Source: Oikopleura dioica
Taxonomy: Eukaryota > Animalia > Chordata
NCBI GenBank assembly: GCA_907165135.1
Contig: OU015566.1
Coordinates: forward strand, 13,826,001-13,890,000
Reading direction: 5' to 3'
Length of the DNA: 64,000 nt
Below, one piece after another: positions 24,901-36,129 of the stretch (the first letter of the stretch is position 1; each line of letters starts with the position of its first letter). The position numbers and the translations under genes were made by a program. The notes beneath the pieces were generated by a model that did not search any database, was not told where the DNA came from, and was given only the letters and a program-made list of their open reading frames with translations.

Positions 24901-26671
24901 TAGATTTAGCATAGTGACACCCTTATTTTTAGTTCCTAAAAGAAAGATCAAGCCCAATTTAAGGGTATACCGTCCATTTATATCCTCTGAATATATTTGT
25001 TTATCAAGCTGGAGCACCTTAATCATCTTCTCAAAAAATCCCCGCTTACTATCAAAATAACCCAGCCACCGTAAAATTTTCATTAGAAATCGTTGACTGA
25101 ATTGCTCAACAATGATAATCGCTAACCTCCTTATCACCAGCGAAAAAAACCTCAAGCAACAGCGCTTCTTTTATCGGTAGCTGGTGTTATCCACTGCTCG
25201 GAACATTGAAAAATGTTCCTTCTAACAGAAAAAAAGAGCGAACAAGCGGTTTTTGACATTTCGGAAAACATGGAGAAAAACGTGAATAAAATTATTTCTA
25301 AAATAAGGCGCTCTTTTTTGAGCCAAAAATTTTTTATCCAAAAATTTGGTAAGAGACCTAAACGGGTTATAATTTTGAGATTTTTTGGACTCAAAATAAG
25401 GGCGTCAACTAATGAATTCAAGAATTCATACCAATAAATTGGCAATCGGCTAAAACGGGTTAAAAACGCTCCTTGATTTTGAACCATCTAAAGAGCCGTT
25501 GGTCACCTTAATTCTTGACATTCTCGCCCGTACGTTTTAACCCGCGCTGATCCGAATGTCAATTTTCTGGGCACGCGGTGCAGCTGCTGCTCTAGAAAAT
25601 TGAGCAGCTACAGTGGTTGAAACACCATCACGTTTTTGTAAAATTGCGAGAATTTTTTTGGAACAGATTATTTTTTATGAAATCAGAATTTCGTAAAATT
25701 GCACAGCGGGAGATCGAGAGCTCTTATCACACCCACGAGCACTAGAAACGCAGGAAAGCAGCATGAGTCCCGATAAGAAAAAGCCCCTCCACCGCGGCGG
25801 AGGGTTAAGCCGAGAATTAACACGTCGATTTCTTGGAGAAAACCGTTGTCGAAATTTTTCTTCGCTAATGCTCGTGGATTTGAGGCTTACTACCTTCTGA
25901 AACGCTTGGAAATAAAAAACGGTGCCATTCATGTTTGTTCTGAGCCGCTCCCGAGTAATCCGGGACGGATACGTTCCGGGGTAATTTAACCCTCGGCAGC
26001 AGGAGTAACGGAAGGCGAAAGGCTCACTAAAGTGTCCGGGCGGATAAACCTAACCGTTCCGGTATTTATTGCTTCTCTTCTTCCAACGAAGAAAAGAAGA
26101 TAAATGAGTTCTAACGAAGTTTGCTTTCTCTGAAAAAAGAATAATGCTTTTCGTCTTAACCCCTTGGCGCAAAGACTGTCAAAAATGGCCCTATGATGGA
26201 CAACGGGCCTGAAATGGCCCTTATTTGATCAAAAAAGGACCATTTTTTATCAAATTTTTTTTTTTAATTTTAACCCATTTCCTTCTAAATGCCCAAAAAA
26301 TGCCTCTTTCGACATAAACTTCGAAAAACGTGGCCCAAAACAACCAAAGACATTCCTCTTTATCTTCTCTACATTTTCCTATAAATTCTTGTGGCTAATC
26401 CAAAGGGAAACATCTCACAATCGTTTGCTATCCTCAATCTATTGTGGCGAGTTGTGACATTCTAGCAACCACCACAAATTATTTAGAATGGCAAAAAACA
26501 GGCCCGTGTGTGTGCTTGCTAGGGTTTAACTCGAAATGCCACTCATCTATTGATGTTTTTATCGCGGCAGTCGAGCTCCGGGATCAGTCCTTTCCGAGTT
26601 AATATTTTCCCTCCTTCTTTTTGAATCTATTGAATATATTGACACATGTTCAATCCATCAAAAAAGCTTAA

Positions 26672-26741
26672 CCCTCCCGCGCGCGCTCAGTTCAATCCAC
26701 GTCACGCGCGGATTTGTTCTTCCCAAACGCGCGGAAGCGGG
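26672..26741. mobile_element. Tiny piggyBac-like MITE (TTAA-CCC...GGG-TTAA) upstream of the first LARP6-like gene
   Basis: TTAA at 26668-26671 and 26742-26745; imperfect TIR CCC..CCGCGCG. Confidence 0.5.
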
Positions 26742-27132
26742 TTAAAAACTCAGCTTCTAGAAGATCTCAAGAAAAGTACCGACTAAGCAAGAACCCGTGT
26801 TAAATTAAACCCGCCAAAGCCAGATCAAAAAACGCCTTCAAAATAAGAAATTTCTTCTGAAAGCAGCTAAGAAATTAACCGCTAAATCAGCTTTTTTGCT
26901 CCTCATAAATCTGCGCCCAACCCTTAAAATATGATTAGGCTAGAATTTAGCACCTCCGCAAGGATGACAGCTTTCTGAGAGTTGTCATGAAAGCATGTCT
27001 CTTCCAAGCCGCAAATTTGAAATTTGGAATTGAAAAAATCGTCGATGTCAAGTTCTTTATCTCTTTCTTTCTCAATTGTTCCTTTTTAACCCTTCTTTCC
27101 AGACTCAAGCAACCAAAAACTCCCAACTCAAG

Positions 27133-29257
27133 ATGCAATTCGTCGCCGGAAAGTACGTCCCACCCCACATGCGCCAACGACCAGCTGGCCTCGAAGCCGT
27201 GCCCGCCCGGGCCCCCGGCTGCGAGCCCAAGCGACGCAACTTCACCAAGAAGGTCACCAAGCCGAAGCCAGTCGTCGTCGAAGCGCCCAAGGTCGAGGAG
27301 CCAAAGGTCAAGCCCCATTGCGAGCTTTTCCTGGCCGATCTTCCTGCGCCAATGCGATCTGTTACCACCTTAGCTGGTAAGTTAAATTTTCAAAGATTTT
27401 GAACTTCTTGAAATTAACCGCAAATCACCGCTAAGTGGCGTTGTTTTCATTTTTCGCGATAACCTTTCGCGGTTGCCTGAATCACTGATTCGTCAAAAAT
27501 CCGCTCCGCACGCTCGTAATCTAATAAACTACCGCTGATAACGGGAACAATAAGCTCCTTTGACAAGAACAACTACTGGAGATTTCAGCAACTAATTTAC
27601 TCTTTTCAGGCTTTTTCCACCCCTATGGCGAAATCTCCAACATCCAGATCATCCCCGTCGGCCAGAGCTTCCCCGAAGAGTGCCACAAGTTCATCGATAC
27701 CGCCGAGTACAAAGGCAGCTTCTGCGCCATTGTCGAGTTCCTGACCGCGCGCGTCGCCAAGTTCGTCGTTGGAGTCCTTCGAAAGCGAATTGAAGCGCTC
27801 AACTTCCGAGTTGGTCTTCTCAAGCCAGGTTTGGCCGAGGAGATGGCTCACCAGAGCATGCGATTGAAGGACTCGCTCCATCGACCGAGCTTCCAGATCA
27901 ACAAGACGCAGGATGGATTCCTCAATGCGCCGATTCTTGCCTGCTCGTCGGAAGAGCTGTCCGATCAGGACAGCAATATTCGACACAAGGTGAGGATACC
28001 CTTAATTTTAGGAGACAAGCTTTACCGTCGAATTTTTACGAGTCAAATATTTCGAACTTATTCTCAATCAATAATAATTCGTAAAGAATAGACCTTTCCG
28101 GATAGAAATGACTCTTATTGAATATTTTATCATATCGTTGTCGATACCCTTAAAAATCACCATAAAGCGGGTTATGTACAGATAGTTCTATTTTTTAATT
28201 TATATTTTCGAAAATTAGATAAAGATTAAAATATTTACTTTTCTTAATAAAAAGCATTTTATGGGTATTATTATCTTGCTGATACCCTTAAATTTAACCA
28301 AGAATTCAAGAAGCCTTAGAAGCGAAAAATGACGTAATTCTGTAATGAAATCACAGTACTTATGCTAAATGGGAGCAGCGAAAATCCTCTCGCGCGTGAA
28401 AAATTTTCGTGTACGCTTGAATTTCGCCAGTTCTCGTATTCAAGGCTGATTACTTCGTATTCTTTACCGCCCAGTGTTTTTTCAAAGTCGAGCTGGATTC
28501 TGGTCCTAATCTTCAGATTTGTAGATTCCTCCTCCACGTACTTTTTCTACACGTCCTTATCAGCTCGATTTAAACTCATTATCAGGTTATGTCATCACTA
28601 AGGGCGCTCACCGGCAGCTCGTTGCGGGTTAGATAGTGCCCGTTGCGTTTTGGGTCAAATCAAAAAAACGATTTGGACCGTCATGTTGACCCTATCAACC
28701 ATCCGCTTATTTTCGCCCAAAATACACCTCCTCGAGCGAGCGTAGTTTTTCTAAAATGCTTTACATTTTCCTGCCTGCAATGTTAGCGGGCCGTAAACAT
28801 AACATTTTTACAATCAAAAAGCGGGCGCGCCGACTTTTTCGAAACATTAACAATATCAATGTTTTACATTGACAATTCTGAAGTCTTAACCCTCTGGCGT
28901 AAGCTCTCTTTAACCCAAGTGCGCGCAGAGGTCAATTTTGAACACAAAGCTCTTTTAAGCCCCCTTACATCCTTAAAACACTTGTTTATTTTAAGGGTGT
29001 AACATCCTATAAGCCTGAAATTGCATCATCTTTTCTCAACTCAATTATTCTAGCGCGCGATCTTCTCCAACACCTGGTCCAACACCTCCTCCGGTATCGA
29101 CACTGGCGCCTCTTCCTCCGCCTCTGGCCTTGACTCCGACTCCGATCGCCTTCATCGGCTCATTTCATCGACCGACGACGATGAAGATTATGACCTCCTG
29201 ACCCTTGCCTTGAAAAACGGCATCAAAGTGACCCGAAGCCCACCCGGCTTCCAGTAA
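27133..29257 (+). CDS. LARP6-like RRM protein lacking a La motif, paralog A (275 aa)
   Basis: Exons 27133-27376, 27610-27989, 29054-29257; all GT-AG and in phase. RNP2-like LFLADLP, YGEISNIQII, CAIVEF; N-terminal YVPPHMR. Confidence 0.8.
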
Positions 29258-30178
29258 AGTAGGCGGGGATGATATGCCCGTCCTATTGACTGACCATTTT
29301 TAACCGCTTATTCTACTCGCTGGCCGGGTGTGCGCCGACAGGTTAACCCCCCGCCGTCCAGGGGCGCATAATAGATGCCCCCTCTTTTCTCTTTGCTTAC
29401 AACAACCGTACCTAATATCGTATTTTTAAGCCGTTAAGGTGCCCCTCTTCAATATTTTTTCAACATATAAAAAGTGCCTTTGAAATTGTATAAAGTAAGA
29501 CCGAAAGGTTAATAATATTTTATCGAGACAATAACCATCTTCTTCCTAATTGGTTTACATAAACAAAACAAAACAAAACAAACAACAACAACAACCATGA
29601 AACAACAAACAACTGTATCCACTTCTGGATTTCTGTAACGTAGATATTACGACCCAGGGTTGTGCCCAACCAGAGTTTTTGGCATTTCGGCATGGGCGCC
29701 CAATCCAAAAGCGGCATTTCCCCCACGCTTGGTGGCGCTACTCACGCGTGAGCGCCCCCAGCGGGAATTGAAGCTGCAACGTAATTACTCCAAAAACTTG
29801 GGCGCATCGCCTGAGGCCGTAATGAAAGTTGTAGGGAAACAAACTTATTTTACGTCAGTGTCGACTATACTATTTCACATCATTTCGAGGACCAAAAATT
29901 ATCACCATATCCGTGTTTTTCTGCATATTTAAAGCAATATGCTCGTGTGTTTCTATAACATGAGTGATTAAAAAACAAATCTCGCAATGTTTTGTCGCAA
30001 ATAAGTCGTGCTAAACTTATCTTTCTGTAAAATGCCTAACCTCTCTTCCTTTTCCTGTTTGTTTTTATCATTTTTTCAACCCTTTTGCCCTTCAAAATTC
30101 CTGAAAATCTACAAAAATCATAAAAAACTCTAAATCTCCATTCTTTTCAGACTCACAAAGGGATAACTTCTTCAAATC

Positions 30179-31998
30179 ATGTCGTCACCGATCATTGTCA
30201 ATAATGCACAGAACCAACAGAACCTTCCAAAAAAGACTGCTACGTTTAACCCTCAGTCCAGCGCTGGGGGGAACAAGCAAAAGCTCCCTGGACACCGAGC
30301 TACGTACTCGACCCGAGACGCTGCTAAAAACGGTATCAAAGGAGCCTACGTCCCACCGCACATGAGAAATGCATCAAAAAATAACAACAACAACAATAAT
30401 AATAACAAAAAAGTTGAAAAGACGAATCAGAAGGATAACAACAACAGAAAACCATTCAACAAGGTAAAATTTAACCCCTTAGAGCAACAGTGGCACTTTT
30501 TGTTCCTTTCGCTTTCTATGATCTAATTATCAAGTGATACCCTTAAGAAAATTAAGGAGATACAGTCATTTTTTCTTGGGCTACCTTTAAAGCCTTAATG
30601 ACATCCTAGAACTACTGATAAGAGTCCTCTTATCAGTAATTACATTTCCTTATCCCACAATTAGATAGTATATCCATATCAAATCCTAAAATCCGCTTCA
30701 GAAATCCAACTCCAACTCGAACTATCGTAACAAGTGGCGACAGCACGACGACCGAGCAGAGGACAGATCCAACTCGAACTTCCGAAACTGGACCAAGAAA
30801 GAGCAACACAAACGTGAAAAGAAAGAGCCTAAAGAAATCATCAAACCACACTGCGAGCTCTTCCTTACAAATCTTCCTCCTCACATGCGAAATATTGGCG
30901 GTCTTGCTGGTAAGAAAAAATTAACCCGTTGTCGTCAAAAGGTCCATTTTCGGCGCCATTAGTCGCTTCCCCAGAACTGTTAATATCCGCTCTAGTCGTC
31001 TCCGCAAAAAATGCTCTAATTACGGATTTCAAGACGTTTCTGATCATCTTTCTGCTCAAGGTGACAATCACCCACATCGTCACGAAAATTGAGCCTTTTT
31101 ACGAAATCACCACTTTTGACATTCTTGCGTGTTTTTGCAAGAACGTGGCGGGTGTTTTTATTTTTGCAAAAATACAACTGCAAATAAAGAAGCGTTGAAT
31201 AACATCTTTTTTCAGCGTTTTTCCATCCTTACGGAGAAGTAGCGCAGATCCAAGTGATCGGCGTAAACGACGAAATCCCCGAGAATGTGCGCAAGTGGTG
31301 TGATGTCAAGCAGTTGGTGCCCAAGACTCACTCCGCCATCGTGGAATTCCTGACAGCCCGCACCGCCAAATTCGTCGTTGGCGTCCTTCGCAAGCGTCTT
31401 GGACAGCTTACTTTCAAGTATTTTATCGAACCAAATGCCCGAGCTCTAGAATCTTCTTTCATCCCTCAAAACAGCCCCTCTAACATTTGTTCTAGCGTTG
31501 GATTGATCAAACCTGGGCTTGGAGAAGAACTTAACTTCCAAAAGAAAACATATGGCGAAATTGTTCATCAGCCCAGCTCGAATCTTACCCAACAGTACAT
31601 CGTTACAAAGACGGTCATTTCCGACACTTCTTCCGATTCTTCAGAAGTCGAGACAAACAAGCCTTACAAGAGAGTCATAAAGGTAACAGCCAATCAGATC
31701 TCTTCTTTTAAACAAAAGGCGCCACCGAGCGACCATTCTTTTCATTTCTTTCTTGCCCTTTTTCTAACCCAAATTCTAGCGATTGGTGACCGCCAATCCA
31801 GCGCGAATCGATCAAGCCTACTGGTCCCAAAGCTCCAGTCAAATTTCCTCGTCCGATGTCTCCGCCGTGTCCAGCTCCGAATCCGACTATTCCGACGCGC
31901 GCGCCGGCTCCCCCATTTCCGAATCTGGCTCTTCTTGCTGCAAGATTCCGGAGGACAAGCCGGTCGACATGATTACCAACAAATTGGCCCTGGTCTAA
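30179..31998 (+). CDS. LARP6-like RRM protein lacking a La motif, paralog B (366 aa, Asn-rich N-terminus)
   Basis: Exons 30179-30463, 30702-30909, 31216-31417, 31496-31682, 31780-31998. Shares KPHCELFL, FFHPYGE and AIVEFLTAR.AKFVVGVLRKR with paralog A. Confidence 0.8.
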
Positions 31999-34318
31999 GA
32001 AGAAAGAAAGAAGAAGCATTGCGAAAATTTTATGCTTCTTTTTTCTTAAAAATATTATCAAGGGGCCATTTTTCGGTAAGCAATCTTTGAAAATCTTAAA
32101 ATTAAGGGTATCAACATCAAATTTTTTTCTTTCAAAAAATAGTCTGTTGATACCCTTAATTTTTCAACAATTTATTCTTCCAAATTTTCAGGCCTTTTTA
32201 AGGGTATCCACAGTGATTTCTTCAATTGAAATATCGCTGTGGATACCCTTAAAAGCACCTGAAAAACACGGTCTCTAGAAATCTGGTGGAAAGGCTCATC
32301 CAATTTTTTCGTACTCTGCGCTCAAGCTTCAAATTGGCTCACGAAGCTGTCCAAAGTGCCAGAATTAAACGAGCGCTAGAATTTCCATTCAATTTAGACT
32401 CTAAAGCCGGCCCAATCACTTTTTCAATGAAAGCGGACTCAACTAACCCTCACTTTTAGACCCTGCGACGTGTGAATTTGTACAGGCTGACTCTCTTTTA
32501 TACTTCCCGCTAAAAAACAACAAAATCGTTACAAAAACAACAGCATTTCAACTGCCCTTCACGTGATTGGCTCCTGATACAGTAGTTTTCCGAAAAAATT
32601 GGCCTCCGAAGAAGCCAAGAATCAAAAATCGCTGGTGGCGCTGTTGAAAATTTTCTGTTCAAAATTCAAAAAATAAGCTTTTGAGTACACAAAAGGACGC
32701 ACCTTAGGTGGTCTTTGATCCCGTTACTGTAATTATTCATAGATGTATAGAAATGCTGCCATCTGCTGTGAACTTGCCTCGCTGAGCTCTCTAAGGAAGC
32801 AATGAAAGGTCTGAATTCAAGAAGTAGGTTCTGGTAAGGGCTCAGCCAATCACAGCAGATGCCAGCTGTTCCTTGGTCATTTGTGAAGACTCTGACACAA
32901 ACGCCCTAAGTTCTTACTGCTTCCAATGTTCATTTTTACTGTTTCATACAACTTATTCAATAAACTTTCAAAAAATCAAAATCAACAACAACTGTCTTCT
33001 TCTTCCCCTCATTCAAAAAATGGCGATTAACCCATCGAAGCTCTTTTGCCAAAAAATTGGTTTTTGTTTTTTCTACTCTTTTTGATTGGTTCAAATGTCG
33101 AATGCCGCGATTTTATTGGTTTTAAATGATTTCATACAATTTTCTCTCTTTTGATTGGCTGATTCATGAAAGGACTCATTTCTTATTGGTTCGTGAAAAA
33201 AATCTTAGTGTAAATTAAGGAACAACCTCAAATTACCCCAAATTTATTTGATCGCCCTCTCCGATGATCTAAAAAGCAAACAAGCGTCATAATTTGCTAA
33301 GAACACTAGAATAAGTAAGGACTCTCGTTGAGCATCTTATCGATCCCGCAAAAGTTCAGATTCAAAAGTTCTATTCTCTAATTGAACAGCTCATTTTCTT
33401 TATCAAGTGTCGCGAATTTGCGTAATTACTAGACCACATTTCATTTTAGCTCTAATCTCCAACCGAGCGGGCAGAAAGGCAAGATGAAGCGTTTACTTCT
33501 TGTCGTGAAAATGGCAACGACGGATCACGTGTTTCAAAATAGCAAAAGAAGCCGAGCGAAAATATCAAATTCACGGACAGATAGACTTCCTTTTTAGACA
33601 GTTCTCTTTCCTGATTTCTGCATCAAAGAGCATTTTTCTGAAATTAAGGTCGTTACGACCTACTAGACAACACTAGACAGATTTCAACTCTCATTTTTTC
33701 GAAAGATAGCAAAGTGACGCCCTTATTTTTCGGCTAAAATGATAAAATAAGGGTGTCACAATGAAAACTCAAGAAAAAAATGAGCGCAAGATTGATTTTA
33801 GCCGAAAATTATACAGAAAAAGGCATTTTGAAGTGGAACGTAATAACGACAGTCGGAATTTCTGTCAAATTCCACTGACGATCTTCTGAAGCCAAACCCG
33901 CATATTGAAATTGTTTCAAAAATGCTACGAAATAAACATGACGTTCACGAAAAATTTCTTCCTCCCGTTTTTGATTACAATAAATGCTACTACTAATCGC
34001 TCCAGCTTTTGAATAATCGGCGAAAAGAAAAAAATGGAGATGAAAATATTTGGGAAAGAAACAGGGCTAGGAAAGGTGGAAACAATTTTTGCGGTTTGAA
34101 AAGACAACGGTTGGAAAATAAACGGTAGATTTGTTCCGAAGCCATTTTTACAAAAGAAAATTTTGCTAAATGGACGAAAAATAAGGATGTTTATAAGGAA
34201 GAGGTCACAATAAAAACGCTCGAATAACAACCACTGCTCATTTATCAAAATAAAAAGTGATGCCAATTAGTAGGATTGCGCCAAGGGAGGCTTAAGAAGC
34301 TAAGTAGGAAAATTTAAG

Positions 34319-34447
34319 ATGGAGAAAATCGCAACTGAGAAATTTGTTCTTTTGATTGCAATAGGATTTCCAGTGGTGGCGCTTTTGCTGATGTCTCTTG
34401 TACTGTTGCTTGTCTGTAGGAAGCCGAAGAGAGATTCTCAACACTGA
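34319..34447 (+). CDS. Probable terminal exon encoding a single TM helix (gene not assembled)
   Basis: After TTAAG: MEKIATEKFVLLIAIGFPVVALLLMSLVLLLVCRKPKRDSQH*. Confidence 0.35.
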   Translation: MEKIATEKFVLLIAIGFPVVALLLMSLVLLLVCRKPKRDSQH

Positions 34448-36129
34448 AAAAGAAGACTCAGAAGAATAATTTTTTATGAAAAATTGTAAATAAATTAGAA
34501 GTATACCCTTATTTTATTTCACAAAAAATTATAATTTATAAAGGCCTAATAATGAAGAAATTCCTCTATAATTATTATAATTAAGAAAGAGACACCCTTA
34601 TTTCACGAAAAGTCGCTTTTTCATTCAAACTTTAATAATTTTTGAATAAAATTAAGGGTGTGACGATGCTTAGACCCAAAATAGACTTTTCTTGGGAATC
34701 TTGAAAAAGGGATGTCTACCGCCTTAATTATTCGAGTGCAGGTGTCTAAAAAGAGCTTGAAGGTCGCTTGGACTCAGATTTTGACCTTGAAAAGAGATCG
34801 GCACGGAAGTTAGGTCACGTGACCTTTTAGAACTTGTCGCTTCGCGCAAAGAAGTGCGGTAACTCGGTGGAACTCGCCTCGGCCCCAGCAAAAATATTAT
34901 TCCCACTCTATCAAAATATAGAAGACAAAGAACACTCGTTGTAAGACAAAGAAAATGTGTTGCCAAAATAGTCGAAAATGGAGACTTTTTTAATTTATTG
35001 ATACTTTTCGTTTCATTTGATTCCCAAGAAATCAAAAATTATTGAAAAAGACGAATCAAGCCGGAAAAAGCGACCTTGCGAATTTTTCAAGCGAAATTTG
35101 GCTGTTTATAAATTCCGGAAGAGCTGGGTTTTGACAATCGAAAAAGCTACAGTAAGGGAGTTTCCGCAAACCGGATTTTGAACATGATTGAGCTCCCGCT
35201 CGTCGCGTAATTTTAGGTAGCTGAATTTGTGTTGGAAATTCAGTATTGCATCAGATAATCAAACAATGTAAGAAATACCATTTTTTTGCGAAATTTCGCA
35301 AAAAGGGGAAAGATCAAAACTAGCTTTTAATCCTATTATTTTGAAAATAATGTATGGACACCCTTAATATTTTCAGCTTTGAATAAAAATAAGGGTGCCA
35401 CAATGCTAAAAAAAATCTCTGAAAAATTAAGAAATACGGATGTCTACCTCCTTAATTATTCGAATTCAGGTGTCAAAAGAAATTTTTCGGAAGATAAAGT
35501 AGTGACACCCTTAATATTTGATAATAAAAGCCCATTTTCAAGCCGAAAATACAGTTATTCTATACTTTCTTTTGATATTTCATCATCAATAATTGTATTT
35601 TCCTCAAAACAGGGAAAAATGCTCATTATGCTCAAAACATATTGTTTCTCCCAACAAAGCGGTTTGCAATGAAAAAACCGCTTGGTTACGAAACAAAAGG
35701 AAGAACCTTCTAACCATCCCGAAAAGCGAAAATATCAAAGACTGCATTTCTAGGATTCTGAATCTTTGATAGACAGATTCAAGCTCAAATTGTCTGACAA
35801 AAATCGCAAAATTTCAAATTGCAAGGTTACGTAAAACTTTATTTGCTCGTTGATTTTCTTATCCGAGATTTAGTATCTTGCGCGTTCCCGTGGACTTTTA
35901 GCGCAGAGAAAATTGGCTTGCTAAAATTGTAATTTGCGGCGAAGAAAAATTCGAATAAAATCAACTTGAACTTTGATTTCCAAAAAATTTTTCAAACTAA
36001 AAAATTTTTAATTTAACCGGCGAGCAAATCTAAACTCTGACTCAGTGTTCGCGAAAAATATTTACATTTCGTAGATTTACTTTTGAAAAAACACGAAGTC
36101 TTTGACAAAAATTCTAGAGAAAAAGAAAA

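Noticed and set aside
25940-26060. GC-rich structured segment as SRP or RNase P/MRP RNA
   Set aside because: No diagnostic conserved motifs were recognised on either strand.
26947-27986. Minus-strand ORFs 26947-27318, 27105-27368 and 27606-27986
   Set aside because: Shadows of the GC-rich exons of LARP6-like paralog A.
31254-32090. 278-aa ORF taken as a single coding exon
   Set aside because: It reads through two introns and changes to a non-homologous frame; the spliced model matches paralog A.
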